Shown one piece after another: positions 21,395 to 29,371 of a stretch of 64,000 bases of DNA. The stretch is from the NCBI GenBank assembly GCA_027624175.1, contig JAQBXT010000005.1, positions 13,429 to 77,428 of the forward strand, in the 5' to 3' direction. This stretch comes from Pseudomonadota bacterium. Its GTDB lineage: Bacteria; Pseudomonadota; Gammaproteobacteria; Burkholderiales; SG8-39. Position 1 is the first letter of the stretch, and every line of letters begins with the position of its first letter. The notes beneath the pieces are model-generated. The model worked only from the letters and a program-made list of their open reading frames with translations. It ran no database searches and was not told the DNA's origin. Position numbers and translations under genes: made by a program.

Positions 21395-21559
21395 ATGGGC
21401 AAGCTCGAAAGACCGGGCGTCACTTCCTCGGCGGACCGCCTGGCGCGCATCGATCTCGCCAATCCGAAGGCGGTCTGCGTTCTGCACAAGCACATGCCTT
21501 GCGCCGCCGCGCACTGCGATGCGCTCCTCGACCGCGAAGAGCCCGATTACGTCCGCTGA
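21395..21559 (+). CDS. Candidate small ORF (54 aa, Cys/His-containing), possibly leaderless
   Basis: Not in the track (<60 aa). MGKLERPGVTSSADRLARIDLANPKAVCVLHKHMPCAAAHCDALLDREEPDYVR; about 80% G/C at third codon positions. A perfect TATAAT (21382-21387) ends 7 nt before the ATG, and the TGA stop is 1 nt before the GNAT GTG start. No family was recognised. Confidence 0.3.
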   Translation: MGKLERPGVTSSADRLARIDLANPKAVCVLHKHMPCAAAHCDALLDREEPDYVR

Positions 21560-21560
21560 G

Positions 21561-22082
21561 GTGCAAGTCCGCGACGCCGCGCAGGGCGACATCGCTGCGA
21601 TCCATTCGATCTACGCGCACCACGTGCTGCACGGTCTGGCTTCCTTCGAGGAGGTCGCGCCCGACGCCGCGGAGGTGCGTCGCCGCTACGACGACGTCAC
21701 CGGGCGCGGTCTGCCCTATCTGGTCGCCGGGGAGGGGCAGAGCGTGCTCGGCTTCGGCTACTGCGCGCCGTACCGGGCGCGCTCCGCCTATCGCTACGCG
21801 CTCGAGGATTCGGTGTACGTGAAGGAGGGTCAGCTCGGCAAGGGGATCGGCAATCGCCTGCTCGCCGAGTTGATCGTGCGCAGCGAGCGCCTCGGCTACC
21901 GCCAGGTGATTGCGGTGATCGGCGACAGTGCCAATGCCCACTCCATCGCCTTGCACGCGCGGCACGGCTTCGTGCGCGTCGGCACCCTGCGCTCCACCGG
22001 CTACAAATTCGGCCGTTGGGTGGACAGCGTGCTGATGCAGCGCCCGCTGGGCAGCGGGGACGGGACGCCCCCGGCTACTTGA
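21561..22082 (+). CDS. GNAT N-acetyltransferase, phosphinothricin/methionine-sulfoximine acetyltransferase (PAT/YncA) family
   Basis: The GTG at 21561 gives VQVRDAAQGDIAAIHSIYAHHV...YALEDSVYVKEGQLGKGIGNRLL...SIALHARHGFVRVGTLRSTGYKFGRWVDSVLMQRPL. The upstream part of track ORF 21387.. has no family resemblance. Confidence 0.8.
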   Translation: MQVRDAAQGDIAAIHSIYAHHVLHGLASFEEVAPDAAEVRRRYDDVTGRGLPYLVAGEGQSVLGFGYCAPYRARSAYRYALEDSVYVKEGQLGKGIGNRLLAELIVRSERLGYRQVIAVIGDSANAHSIALHARHGFVRVGTLRSTGYKFGRWVDSVLMQRPLGSGDGTPPAT

Positions 22083-22839
22083 GCAGCAGTGCTGCGCCGC
22101 TGATTACCAGCAGCGTTGCGACGACGCGCTCGAACCGGGCCTGGTCGAGGCGCGCGTGCCAATGGTCGCCTGCCAGCATGGCGAGTGCCATCACCGGAGC
22201 GAACAGCAGCAGCGCGGCGAGTGCCCTGCGGTCGTAGAAGCCCAGGCTGCCGTAGCCGGCGGCGCGCACCAGACCCAGGCACAGGAGCACCGACGAGATG
22301 CTGGCGCGAAAGCGCCGCTTGTCGAGCGCGAGCGCGCGCAGGTAGATGGCGTAGAACGGGCCGGCCATGCCGCCGAACAGCGTCGCCACCAGCCCGCCGG
22401 CGCCGCCTGCGGCGGCGGCCAGGGATCGCGGCGGCAGCTTTGCCGCGGGCGCACGCGGCAGGAACGACCACAGGCCGAAGGCGATGATGAAGGCCGCAAA
22501 GGCCTTGAGCAGCAGCGCATGGTCGAGGGAGGCGAACAGCCACAGGCCGAGCGCGAGGCCGATTGCCGAGGGCAACGCCAGGCCGCGCAGGGCGTGCCAG
22601 TCCACGTGGCGGAACTCCTGCACCGACTGGCCGAAGGAGGCGACGATGCCAAGGGTCGTCACTACCGGAATGACGACGGTCAGTGGCATGACCAGGGCGA
22701 GAAGCGGAATTGCCACCACGCCTGCGCCAAAGCCGGTGGCGCCGCGCAGCGTGTACGCGGCGAAGATCACGAGCGTGCAAAGCGCGAGCGCCCACGGGCT
22801 GGCCAGCCCAGCGAGAGAGTCCAGCAGGAAATCAAGCAC
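22075..22839 (-). CDS. TSUP/TauE-SafE family anion (sulfite-type) exporter membrane protein
   Basis: 254 aa polytopic protein with GATGFGAGVVAIPLL and GGLVATLFGGMAGPF repeats. Its 3' end overlaps the convergent GNAT gene by 8 nt. Confidence 0.8.
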   Translation of the reverse strand: MLDFLLDSLAGLASPWALALCTLVIFAAYTLRGATGFGAGVVAIPLLALVMPLTVVIPVVTTLGIVASFGQSVQEFRHVDWHALRGLALPSAIGLALGLWLFASLDHALLLKAFAAFIIAFGLWSFLPRAPAAKLPPRSLAAAAGGAGGLVATLFGGMAGPFYAIYLRALALDKRRFRASISSVLLCLGLVRAAGYGSLGFYDRRALAALLLFAPVMALAMLAGDHWHARLDQARFERVVATLLVISGAALLLK

Positions 22840-23812
22840 CGATGGAGACGACGACCTTGCCCTTTGCCTTGCGCGACGCGAGCAAGTTCATGGCGTCGGC
22901 GGCTCTCTCCAGCGGGAATCTGGCCGAAACGTGCGGCTTCAGTTTGCCTTCCAGGTACCAGCGCGCAAGCTGGCGCGCGCTTTCGGCGAAGGCCTGCGGC
23001 TCGCGCCGCGCGTAGTCGCCCCAGTACACACCGACAACGGAGGCGCCCTTGAGCAGCGGGAGATTGAGCGGCAGCTTCGGGATATCGCCGGCCGCGAAGC
23101 CGATCACCAGGTGCCGCCCGCGCCAGGCAATGGAGCGGAATGCCGGCTCGGTATAGGGGCCGCCGACGGCATCGTAGATCACGTCCACGCCCTTGCCGCC
23201 GGTGAGTACCTTGATGCGCTCGCGCAGGTCCTCGGCGGAATAATTGATGGTCTCATCCGCGCCGTGCTGGCGGCACACCTCGAGCTTTTCCTCGCTCGAG
23301 GCGCAGGCGATGACGCGCGCGCCGAGCGCCTTCCCGACTTCGATGGCGGCGACGCCGACGCCGCCGGCGGCACCCAGCACCAGCAGGCTCTCGCCGGCCT
23401 TGAGTTGCGCGCGGTCGCGCAGCGCATGGTCGGTGGTGCCGTACGTGAGCACGAAGGACGCGGCCGCCTCGAAGCTCATGCCCGCGGGCATGGGCAGCAG
23501 ACGCCCGGACTCGGTTTTCACTTCCTCCGCGAAGGCGCCGAAGGTGGTGACAGCAATCACCTTGTCGCCGGGCTTGACGTTGTGTACGCCCGCGCCCACC
23601 TCCTTCACGACGCCCGCCAGCTCGCTTCCTGGCGAGAACGGCAGCGGCGGCTTGACCTGGTACTTGTTCTGGATGATGAGCACGTCGGGAAAATTGACGC
23701 TCGCCGCCTTGACGCTGATGACGACTTCGCCGGCGCCGGCCTTCGGCGAGGGCACGTCCTCGAGCACCAGCGACTCGGGCGGGCCGAATTGCTTGCAGAG
23801 CAGGGCTTTCAA
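22832..23812 (-). CDS. NADPH:quinone oxidoreductase / zeta-crystallin-type MDR protein
   Basis: MKALLCKQFGPPESLVLEDVP...NFPDVLIIQNKYQ...GSELAGVV...LVLGAAGGVGVAAIEV. Confidence 0.85.
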   Translation of the reverse strand: MKALLCKQFGPPESLVLEDVPSPKAGAGEVVISVKAASVNFPDVLIIQNKYQVKPPLPFSPGSELAGVVKEVGAGVHNVKPGDKVIAVTTFGAFAEEVKTESGRLLPMPAGMSFEAAASFVLTYGTTDHALRDRAQLKAGESLLVLGAAGGVGVAAIEVGKALGARVIACASSEEKLEVCRQHGADETINYSAEDLRERIKVLTGGKGVDVIYDAVGGPYTEPAFRSIAWRGRHLVIGFAAGDIPKLPLNLPLLKGASVVGVYWGDYARREPQAFAESARQLARWYLEGKLKPHVSARFPLERAADAMNLLASRKAKGKVVVSIGA

Positions 23813-23830
23813 GCAGTTCTCCTGCGGCAG

Positions 23831-24571
23831 CTACGTCGATCGCGAGGCGAGTCCGCCGTCGATCGAGACGATACAGCCGGTGGTATAGGCTGAGCGCTCC
23901 GAGGCCAGGAACGCCACCATCCAGGCGATCTCCTCGGGCGTCGCGGGGCGGCCGAAGGACATGCCGGCGAACAGCTCCTGGTAGCGCTCCGGATCGCCGA
24001 ACTTGGCCTCGGCCCGCTGTCGGAACAGGCTCTTCAACCGGTCGGTGGCCACCGGCCCCGGATTGATACCGACGACGCGAATGCCGTCTGCGTGGGACGC
24101 ACCGCCGAGCGTGCGGGTGAATGCCATCAGTCCGGCGTTGGCCGTACTGCCGGCGATGTAGCTGGCGTCGAGCTTCTCGCCCGCATTGCCGAGGATATTG
24201 ACGATGACGCCGGACTTTCTCGCTTTCATGCGCGCGTAAACCTGGCGCGTAAGGTTGAGGTAGCCGAACACCTTCAGGTCCCAGGCGCGACGCCAGGTGT
24301 CCTCGTCCACGCGCAGCAGGTCGCCACCCGGGATCGCGCCGGCGTTGTTCACCAGGATGTCGAGCTCCCCGGCCCATTCAGCCAGCGCCTCGGCGGCGCC
24401 GCGCTGCGACAGGTCGGCGGCCCGGAACTTGTGGCGGCTCGCCGCGGGGGGGTTGCGCGCGGCGATCATCACCTCGCAGCCCTCGTCGGCGAGTGCGCAG
24501 GCGCAGGCCCAGCCGATGCCCTTCGAACCGCCGGTCACCAGCGCGCGTTTGCCCTTAAGATTGAGTTCCAT
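23831..24571 (-). CDS. Short-chain dehydrogenase/reductase (SDR)
   Basis: The ATG at 24571 gives MELNLKGKRALVTGGSKGIG, with NNAG and YxxxK-region motifs. The longer track start (24610) would overlap the divergent gene. Confidence 0.85.
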   Translation of the reverse strand: MELNLKGKRALVTGGSKGIGWACACALADEGCEVMIAARNPPAASRHKFRAADLSQRGAAEALAEWAGELDILVNNAGAIPGGDLLRVDEDTWRRAWDLKVFGYLNLTRQVYARMKARKSGVIVNILGNAGEKLDASYIAGSTANAGLMAFTRTLGGASHADGIRVVGINPGPVATDRLKSLFRQRAEAKFGDPERYQELFAGMSFGRPATPEEIAWMVAFLASERSAYTTGCIVSIDGGLASRST

Positions 24572-24590
24572 CGTCTGACAGTCTACCAAC

Positions 24591-25427
24591 ATGCCCCACA
24601 TCACCACCAACGACGGCGTGAAACTGCACTATGAGGAAGCGGGCGTCGGAACGCCGATCGTCTTTGTGCACGAATTTGCCGGCGACCTGCGCAGCTGGGA
24701 GCCGCAGTTCGCGCACTTTTCGCGCCGCTACCGCTGCATTGCCTACAACGCGCGCGGCTACCCGCCCTCGGACGTCCCCGAGAGCATGGAGCGCTACTCG
24801 CAGGATCTCGCCCGTGATGACGTCCTCGCCGTCCTGGACGGGCTGAAGATCCAGCGCGCCTACGTCGTCGGCCTGTCCATGGGCGGCTTTGCCTCGCTGC
24901 ATTTCGGCATCAAGTACAGCGCCCGCGCGCTCGGGCTGGTGGTGGCCGGCTGCGGCTATGGCGCGGTAGCGGCGCAGCGGGAGGCGTTCCAGCAGTCCTC
25001 GCGCGCCAATGCCAAGCTGATGCTCGAGGAGGGCATGGCCAAGTTCGCCGCGACCTACGGCCACAACGCCACGCGCCTGCAGCTGCGCGACAAGGATCCG
25101 CGCGGCTTTGCGCTCTACATAAAATACCTGACGGAGCATTCGGCGCAGGGCTCCGCGAATACGATGCTTGGCTACCAGGCGCGCCGGCCCTCGCTGTACG
25201 ACCTGAAGAAGGAAATGGCGGGCATCACCGCGCCGACGCTGGTGGTCTGCGGAGACGAGGACGATGCCACGCTCGAGCCGGGGCTGCTGATGAAGCGCAC
25301 CATCCCGAAGATGGGACTGGTGGTGCTGCCGCGCAGCGGCCACGGGCTCAACCTCGAAGATCCGGCGCTGTTCAACCGCATCGTCGAGGATTTCTTCCAC
25401 CAGGTGGAAAGCGGGCGCTGGGCATGA
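24591..25427 (+). CDS. Alpha/beta-fold hydrolase
   Basis: GTPIVFVHEFAGD and nucleophile elbow VVGLSMGGF, with a late His (SGHGLNLE); 278 aa. Its stop overlaps the next start (ATGA). Confidence 0.85.
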   Translation: MPHITTNDGVKLHYEEAGVGTPIVFVHEFAGDLRSWEPQFAHFSRRYRCIAYNARGYPPSDVPESMERYSQDLARDDVLAVLDGLKIQRAYVVGLSMGGFASLHFGIKYSARALGLVVAGCGYGAVAAQREAFQQSSRANAKLMLEEGMAKFAATYGHNATRLQLRDKDPRGFALYIKYLTEHSAQGSANTMLGYQARRPSLYDLKKEMAGITAPTLVVCGDEDDATLEPGLLMKRTIPKMGLVVLPRSGHGLNLEDPALFNRIVEDFFHQVESGRWA

Positions 25428-26212
25428 GCGCCGGAAAACTGACCGTGGAAAAGCGCGGCGCCGTGGGTTGGGTCGTGTTCGACCAGCCGGCGAAGAAGAA
25501 CGCCATCAACGATGCCATGTGGCGCGGCATTCCCGAGGCGATGGCGCGCTACGACGCCGACCCGGAGATCCGCTGCGTGGTGTTCCGCGGCGCGGGCACC
25601 GAAGCCTTCGCTGCAGGCGCGGACATCTCCGAGTTCGAGAAGATCCGCGCGCACCGGGCCGCCGTGGGCGAATACGACGGGTTGCTCGACCGCGTGCTGC
25701 ATTCGATCCAGGATTCGCGCAAGCCCTCGGTGGCGCTGATCCACGGTTTTTGCATGGGCGGGGGTCTCGAAGTCGCGCTCGCCTGCGATCTGCGCTACTG
25801 CGGATCTTCGGCGCAGTTCGGCATCCCGGCGGCGAAACTCGGCCTCGCCTACAACGTCGAAGGCCACAAGCGGCTGCTGGAGACGGTAGGCCACGCGCGG
25901 GCGCGCGAAATCATGTTCCTCGGCCGGCGCTATCCGGCCGCCGAAGCCCTGGCGATGGGGCTGGTGCAACGCGTGCTGCCGGACGCCGAGCTCGACACCT
26001 ATGTGGAGGGCGTGATCGCGACGCTCATCGAGAACGCGCCGCTCAGCATTGCCAACTCCAAGACCATCCTCGAGGAGTACGCGAAGTCCGACGGCCTGGC
26101 CGAGCAGGAACGCATGCGCGCGGCGATCGATCGCTGCGCGAAGAGCGAGGACTACGAGGAAGGGCGGCGCGCGTTCATGGAGAAACGCAAACCGCAGTTC
26201 AAGGGACGATGA
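25424..26212 (+). CDS. Enoyl-CoA hydratase/isomerase (crotonase) family protein
   Basis: VVFRGAGTEAFAAGADISEF...IHGFCMGGGLEVALACDLR...FGIPAAKLGL. Confidence 0.88.
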   Translation: MSAGKLTVEKRGAVGWVVFDQPAKKNAINDAMWRGIPEAMARYDADPEIRCVVFRGAGTEAFAAGADISEFEKIRAHRAAVGEYDGLLDRVLHSIQDSRKPSVALIHGFCMGGGLEVALACDLRYCGSSAQFGIPAAKLGLAYNVEGHKRLLETVGHARAREIMFLGRRYPAAEALAMGLVQRVLPDAELDTYVEGVIATLIENAPLSIANSKTILEEYAKSDGLAEQERMRAAIDRCAKSEDYEEGRRAFMEKRKPQFKGR

Positions 26213-27294
26213 CCATGAAGATCAAGGCAATCCGCGCGCGCGCGGTGGCGGCGCCGATGAAACGGCCGCTCGCCACCAGCACCGGTACGCTTACCGAGAC
26301 GGCGCTGCTGCTCATCGACCTGCAGACCGACAGCGGCATCGTCGGGCGCTCCTACCTGTTCGGCATCGGCCGCCACAACCTCAAGCCGATCGCGGCGCTG
26401 ATGGCGGCCATGGCGGAGATGCTCGCGGGCGACGCGGTAGCGCCCTTCGAGCTCGAGGCAAAGCTCAGGAAACGCTACACGCTGCTCGGTGTGCATAACA
26501 TCGTGCTGTTCGCCATGTCGGGGATCGACATGGCCGCCTGGGACGCGCTCGGCCAGGCGCACAAGCTGCCGCTGGTACGCCTGCTGGGCGGGACGCCGCG
26601 ACCGGTGCGCGCCTACAACTCCAATGGACTGGGCATCATGCCGCTGCGGCCCCTGGTGAAGGAGGCGGTCGAACTGGTGCGAGAGGGATTCGGCGCGGTC
26701 AAGCTGCGCCTTGGCCGTGCCAGCGCGCGCGACGACCTCGGGGCCTTGCGCGCGGTGAAGAAATCGATCGGGCCGACAATCGTGCTGATGGTCGACTTCA
26801 ACCAGGGCCTCACCGTAGCGGAGGCGATCCGGCGCGGGCGCATGATCGACGAGGAGGGCGGCGTGACCTGGATCGAGGAGCCGGCGCGCGCGGACGATTT
26901 CGCGGGTAACGCGCGCATCGCGCGCGACGTCGCCACCCCGATCCAGATCGGCGAGAACTTCATGGGTCCGGAGCAGATGGCGCAGGCGCTCGCCGCTGGC
27001 GCCTGCGACTACGCCATGCCCGACGTGCAAAGAATCGGCGGCGTCACCGGCTGGATGCGCGCCGCGGCGCTGGCGCAGGCGGCGGGCATGGAAATGTCCA
27101 GCCACCTGTTTCCCGAGTTGAGCTGCCACCTGCTCGCAGTAACGCCGACCTGCCACTGGCTGGAGTACGTGGACTGGGCGGCGCCGATCCTGCGCGAGCC
27201 CCTGCGGCTCAAGGACGGCCACGTGCTGATCCCGGAGCGGCCGGGCAGCGGCATGCAATGGGACGAGAAGGCGGTGCGGCGGTTCCAGATCTGA
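26209..27294 (+). CDS. Enolase-superfamily protein, close homolog of mandelate racemase (MR subgroup), KxR variant
   Basis: The ATG at 26209 (ATGA overlap) gives MTMKIKAIRARAVAAPM... Long collinear similarity to remembered P. putida MR: LLLIDLQTDSGIVGRSYLF, GIDMAAWDALGQAHKLPLVRLLGG, MVDFNQ, VTWIEEP, IGENFMGPE, MPDVQRIGGVTGW, SSHLF and HWLE. It has VKLRLG where MR has VKTKIG. Confidence 0.85.
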   Translation: MTMKIKAIRARAVAAPMKRPLATSTGTLTETALLLIDLQTDSGIVGRSYLFGIGRHNLKPIAALMAAMAEMLAGDAVAPFELEAKLRKRYTLLGVHNIVLFAMSGIDMAAWDALGQAHKLPLVRLLGGTPRPVRAYNSNGLGIMPLRPLVKEAVELVREGFGAVKLRLGRASARDDLGALRAVKKSIGPTIVLMVDFNQGLTVAEAIRRGRMIDEEGGVTWIEEPARADDFAGNARIARDVATPIQIGENFMGPEQMAQALAAGACDYAMPDVQRIGGVTGWMRAAALAQAAGMEMSSHLFPELSCHLLAVTPTCHWLEYVDWAAPILREPLRLKDGHVLIPERPGSGMQWDEKAVRRFQI

Positions 27295-28949
27295 TGTTCA
27301 CGCGCCACTATCCGCACTGGCCGCCGGGCGTACCGAAGTCTCTCTCGGTGCCGCGCACCAGCCTGTACTACAACCTCGAAGTGAGCGCGCGCCGCTACCC
27401 GGACAAGGCCGCGCTGGTCTACTACGGCACCGGCATCACTTACGCCGAGTTGCTGTGCTCGGCCGAAGCGCTCGCGGGCTTCCTGCAGCAGGCCTGCGGC
27501 GTGCGGCGCGGCGACCGCGTGCTGCTCTACGCGCAGAACAGCCCGCAATTCGTCATCGGCTACTACGCCATCCTGCGCGCCGACGCGGTGGTGGTGCCGG
27601 TGAACCCGATGAACAAGCGCGACGAGCTCGCGTACTACATCTCGGATTCCGACGCGCGCGTGATCGTCGGCACGCAGGATCTGTACAGCGAGCTCGAGCC
27701 GCACCTGGGCAAGGGGCTCGCGCATTGCGTATTGGGGACATACTCCGATTACCTGCGCCAGGCCACGGACCTCAACGTGCCGGATTCGGTGCGGGCGCCG
27801 CGGATCGCGGCGGCGAATTGGAACGACGCCCTGGCTGCCGGGCATGCGCCCGCGCCGCACGCCGCCAGCCCAGACGACATCGCCGTGCTGCCCTATACCT
27901 CGGGGACCACGGGGCATCCCAAGGGTGCGATGCTCTCGCATTCCAACCTGTTGGCCACCAGTACCGGCGCCTGCACCTGGTTCGAGTCCTCCAGCGAGTC
28001 CGTGGTGCTCGGTGTGCTACCGCTGTTCCATCTCACCGGCATGCAGGCCAACATGAATGCGCCGATTCAGGTCGGCGCCACCTCGGTGCTGATGACGCGC
28101 TGGGACCGCGACGTCGCCGCCGAGCTGATCCAGCGCTGCCGGGTAACGGGGGTGACTGGCATCACCACCATGATCGTGGATTTCCTCGCCAACCCGAACC
28201 TGCAGAAGTACGACCTGTCGTCGCTGGTGCGCATTGGCGGTGGCGGTGCCGCGATGCCCGAGGCCGTGGCGGCGAAGCTGCAGGAACGCATCGGCTTGCC
28301 TTTCATCGAGGGCTACGGTCTTACCGAGACCTCTGCACCCTCGCACGCCAACCCGCCGCACCGGCCCAAGCGCCAGTGCGCCGGCATTCCCTATTTCGAC
28401 ACCGACTCGCGCGTCATCGACCCGGTGAGCCTCGAGGAGCTCGGGCCGAACGAGGTGGGCGAGATCATCACCCACGGCCCGCAGGTATTCCAGGGCTATT
28501 GGAAGCAGCCCAAAGCCACCGCCGATGCCTTCATCGAGCACGACGGCAAGAAGTTCTTCCGTACCGGCGACCTCGGCTATTACGACGAAGAAGGCTACTT
28601 TTTCATCACCGACCGCCTGAAGCGCATGATCAACGCCTCGGGATTCAAGGTGTGGCCGGCGGAAGTCGAATCCATGCTCTACGCCCACCCCGACATCCAG
28701 GAGGCCTGCATCATCGGCTCGCGCGACGCGCACCGCGGCGAGACGGTGAAGGCGGTGGTGGTGCTGAAAGCCGCCTCGCGCGGGCGCGTGCACGAGGACG
28801 ATGTGATTTCCTGGGCCAGGGAGCACATGGCCGCGTTCAAGGTTCCCCGCCTGGTCGAGTTCGTGGAGCAACTGCCCAAGACCGCCACCGGCAAGGTGTT
28901 CTGGAGAAAATTGCAGGAAGAGGAGAATAGACGATGCGACGTTGGTTGA
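27294..28949 (+). CDS. AMP-dependent acyl-CoA synthetase/ligase
   Basis: The ATG at 27294 (TGATG overlap) gives MFTRHYPHWPPGVPKSL. Motifs: AMP-binding LPYTSGTTGHPKGAMLSH, GYGLTET, TGDLGYYDEEGYFFITDRLK and C-terminal PKTATGKV. Confidence 0.9.
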   Translation: MFTRHYPHWPPGVPKSLSVPRTSLYYNLEVSARRYPDKAALVYYGTGITYAELLCSAEALAGFLQQACGVRRGDRVLLYAQNSPQFVIGYYAILRADAVVVPVNPMNKRDELAYYISDSDARVIVGTQDLYSELEPHLGKGLAHCVLGTYSDYLRQATDLNVPDSVRAPRIAAANWNDALAAGHAPAPHAASPDDIAVLPYTSGTTGHPKGAMLSHSNLLATSTGACTWFESSSESVVLGVLPLFHLTGMQANMNAPIQVGATSVLMTRWDRDVAAELIQRCRVTGVTGITTMIVDFLANPNLQKYDLSSLVRIGGGGAAMPEAVAAKLQERIGLPFIEGYGLTETSAPSHANPPHRPKRQCAGIPYFDTDSRVIDPVSLEELGPNEVGEIITHGPQVFQGYWKQPKATADAFIEHDGKKFFRTGDLGYYDEEGYFFITDRLKRMINASGFKVWPAEVESMLYAHPDIQEACIIGSRDAHRGETVKAVVVLKAASRGRVHEDDVISWAREHMAAFKVPRLVEFVEQLPKTATGKVFWRKLQEEENRRCDVG

Positions 28950-29371
28950 TTTTTCTGGCCTTCGCGGCGTGCCCGGCCTGGGCGCAGGTGAGCGTCGAGC
29001 AGCCCTGGAGCCGCGCCACGCCGCCGGGCGCGACGATCGGTGCCGGCTTCATGCAGCTCAAGAATGCAGGCGGCACCGCCCAGCGCGTCGTCGGTGCTTC
29101 CTCGCCCGTGGCCGGTCGCGTGGAAATGCACGTCACAACGCGCGAAGGCGACGTGATGAAGATGCGTCAGGTACAAGCCTTCGACATCCCTGCGGGCGGC
29201 AGCTTCGAGCTGAAGCCGGGTGGTGTCCACCTGATGCTGGTAGACCTGAGACGTCCGCTGAACAAAGGCGAGAAGGTGCCGCTGACGCTGAAGCTGGAAA
29301 AAGGCGGCGAGCTGAAAGTCGACTTGACGGTCGAGGAGATAGGCGCGCGCCGGCCGGCGCAGCCGCGCTAG
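28934..29371 (+). CDS. Periplasmic copper chaperone PCu(A)C (DUF461)
   Basis: Signal peptide MRRWLIFLAFAACPAWA, and an H(M)...M...HxM pattern (VEMHVTTREGDVMKMRQV...GGVHLML). It overlaps the ligase 3' end by 16 nt. Confidence 0.8.
   Translation: MRRWLIFLAFAACPAWAQVSVEQPWSRATPPGATIGAGFMQLKNAGGTAQRVVGASSPVAGRVEMHVTTREGDVMKMRQVQAFDIPAGGSFELKPGGVHLMLVDLRRPLNKGEKVPLTLKLEKGGELKVDLTVEEIGARRPAQPR

Noticed and set aside
21395-22082. Small ORF plus GNAT as a TacA/TacT-type (DUF1778-GNAT) toxin-antitoxin pair.
   Set aside because: The GNAT is collinear with the PAT/YncA phosphinothricin/methionine-sulfoximine acetyltransferase family (…EDSVYV…GKGIG…KFGRWVD…), not the tRNA-acetylating toxin family. The small ORF shows no RHH/DUF1778-like features.
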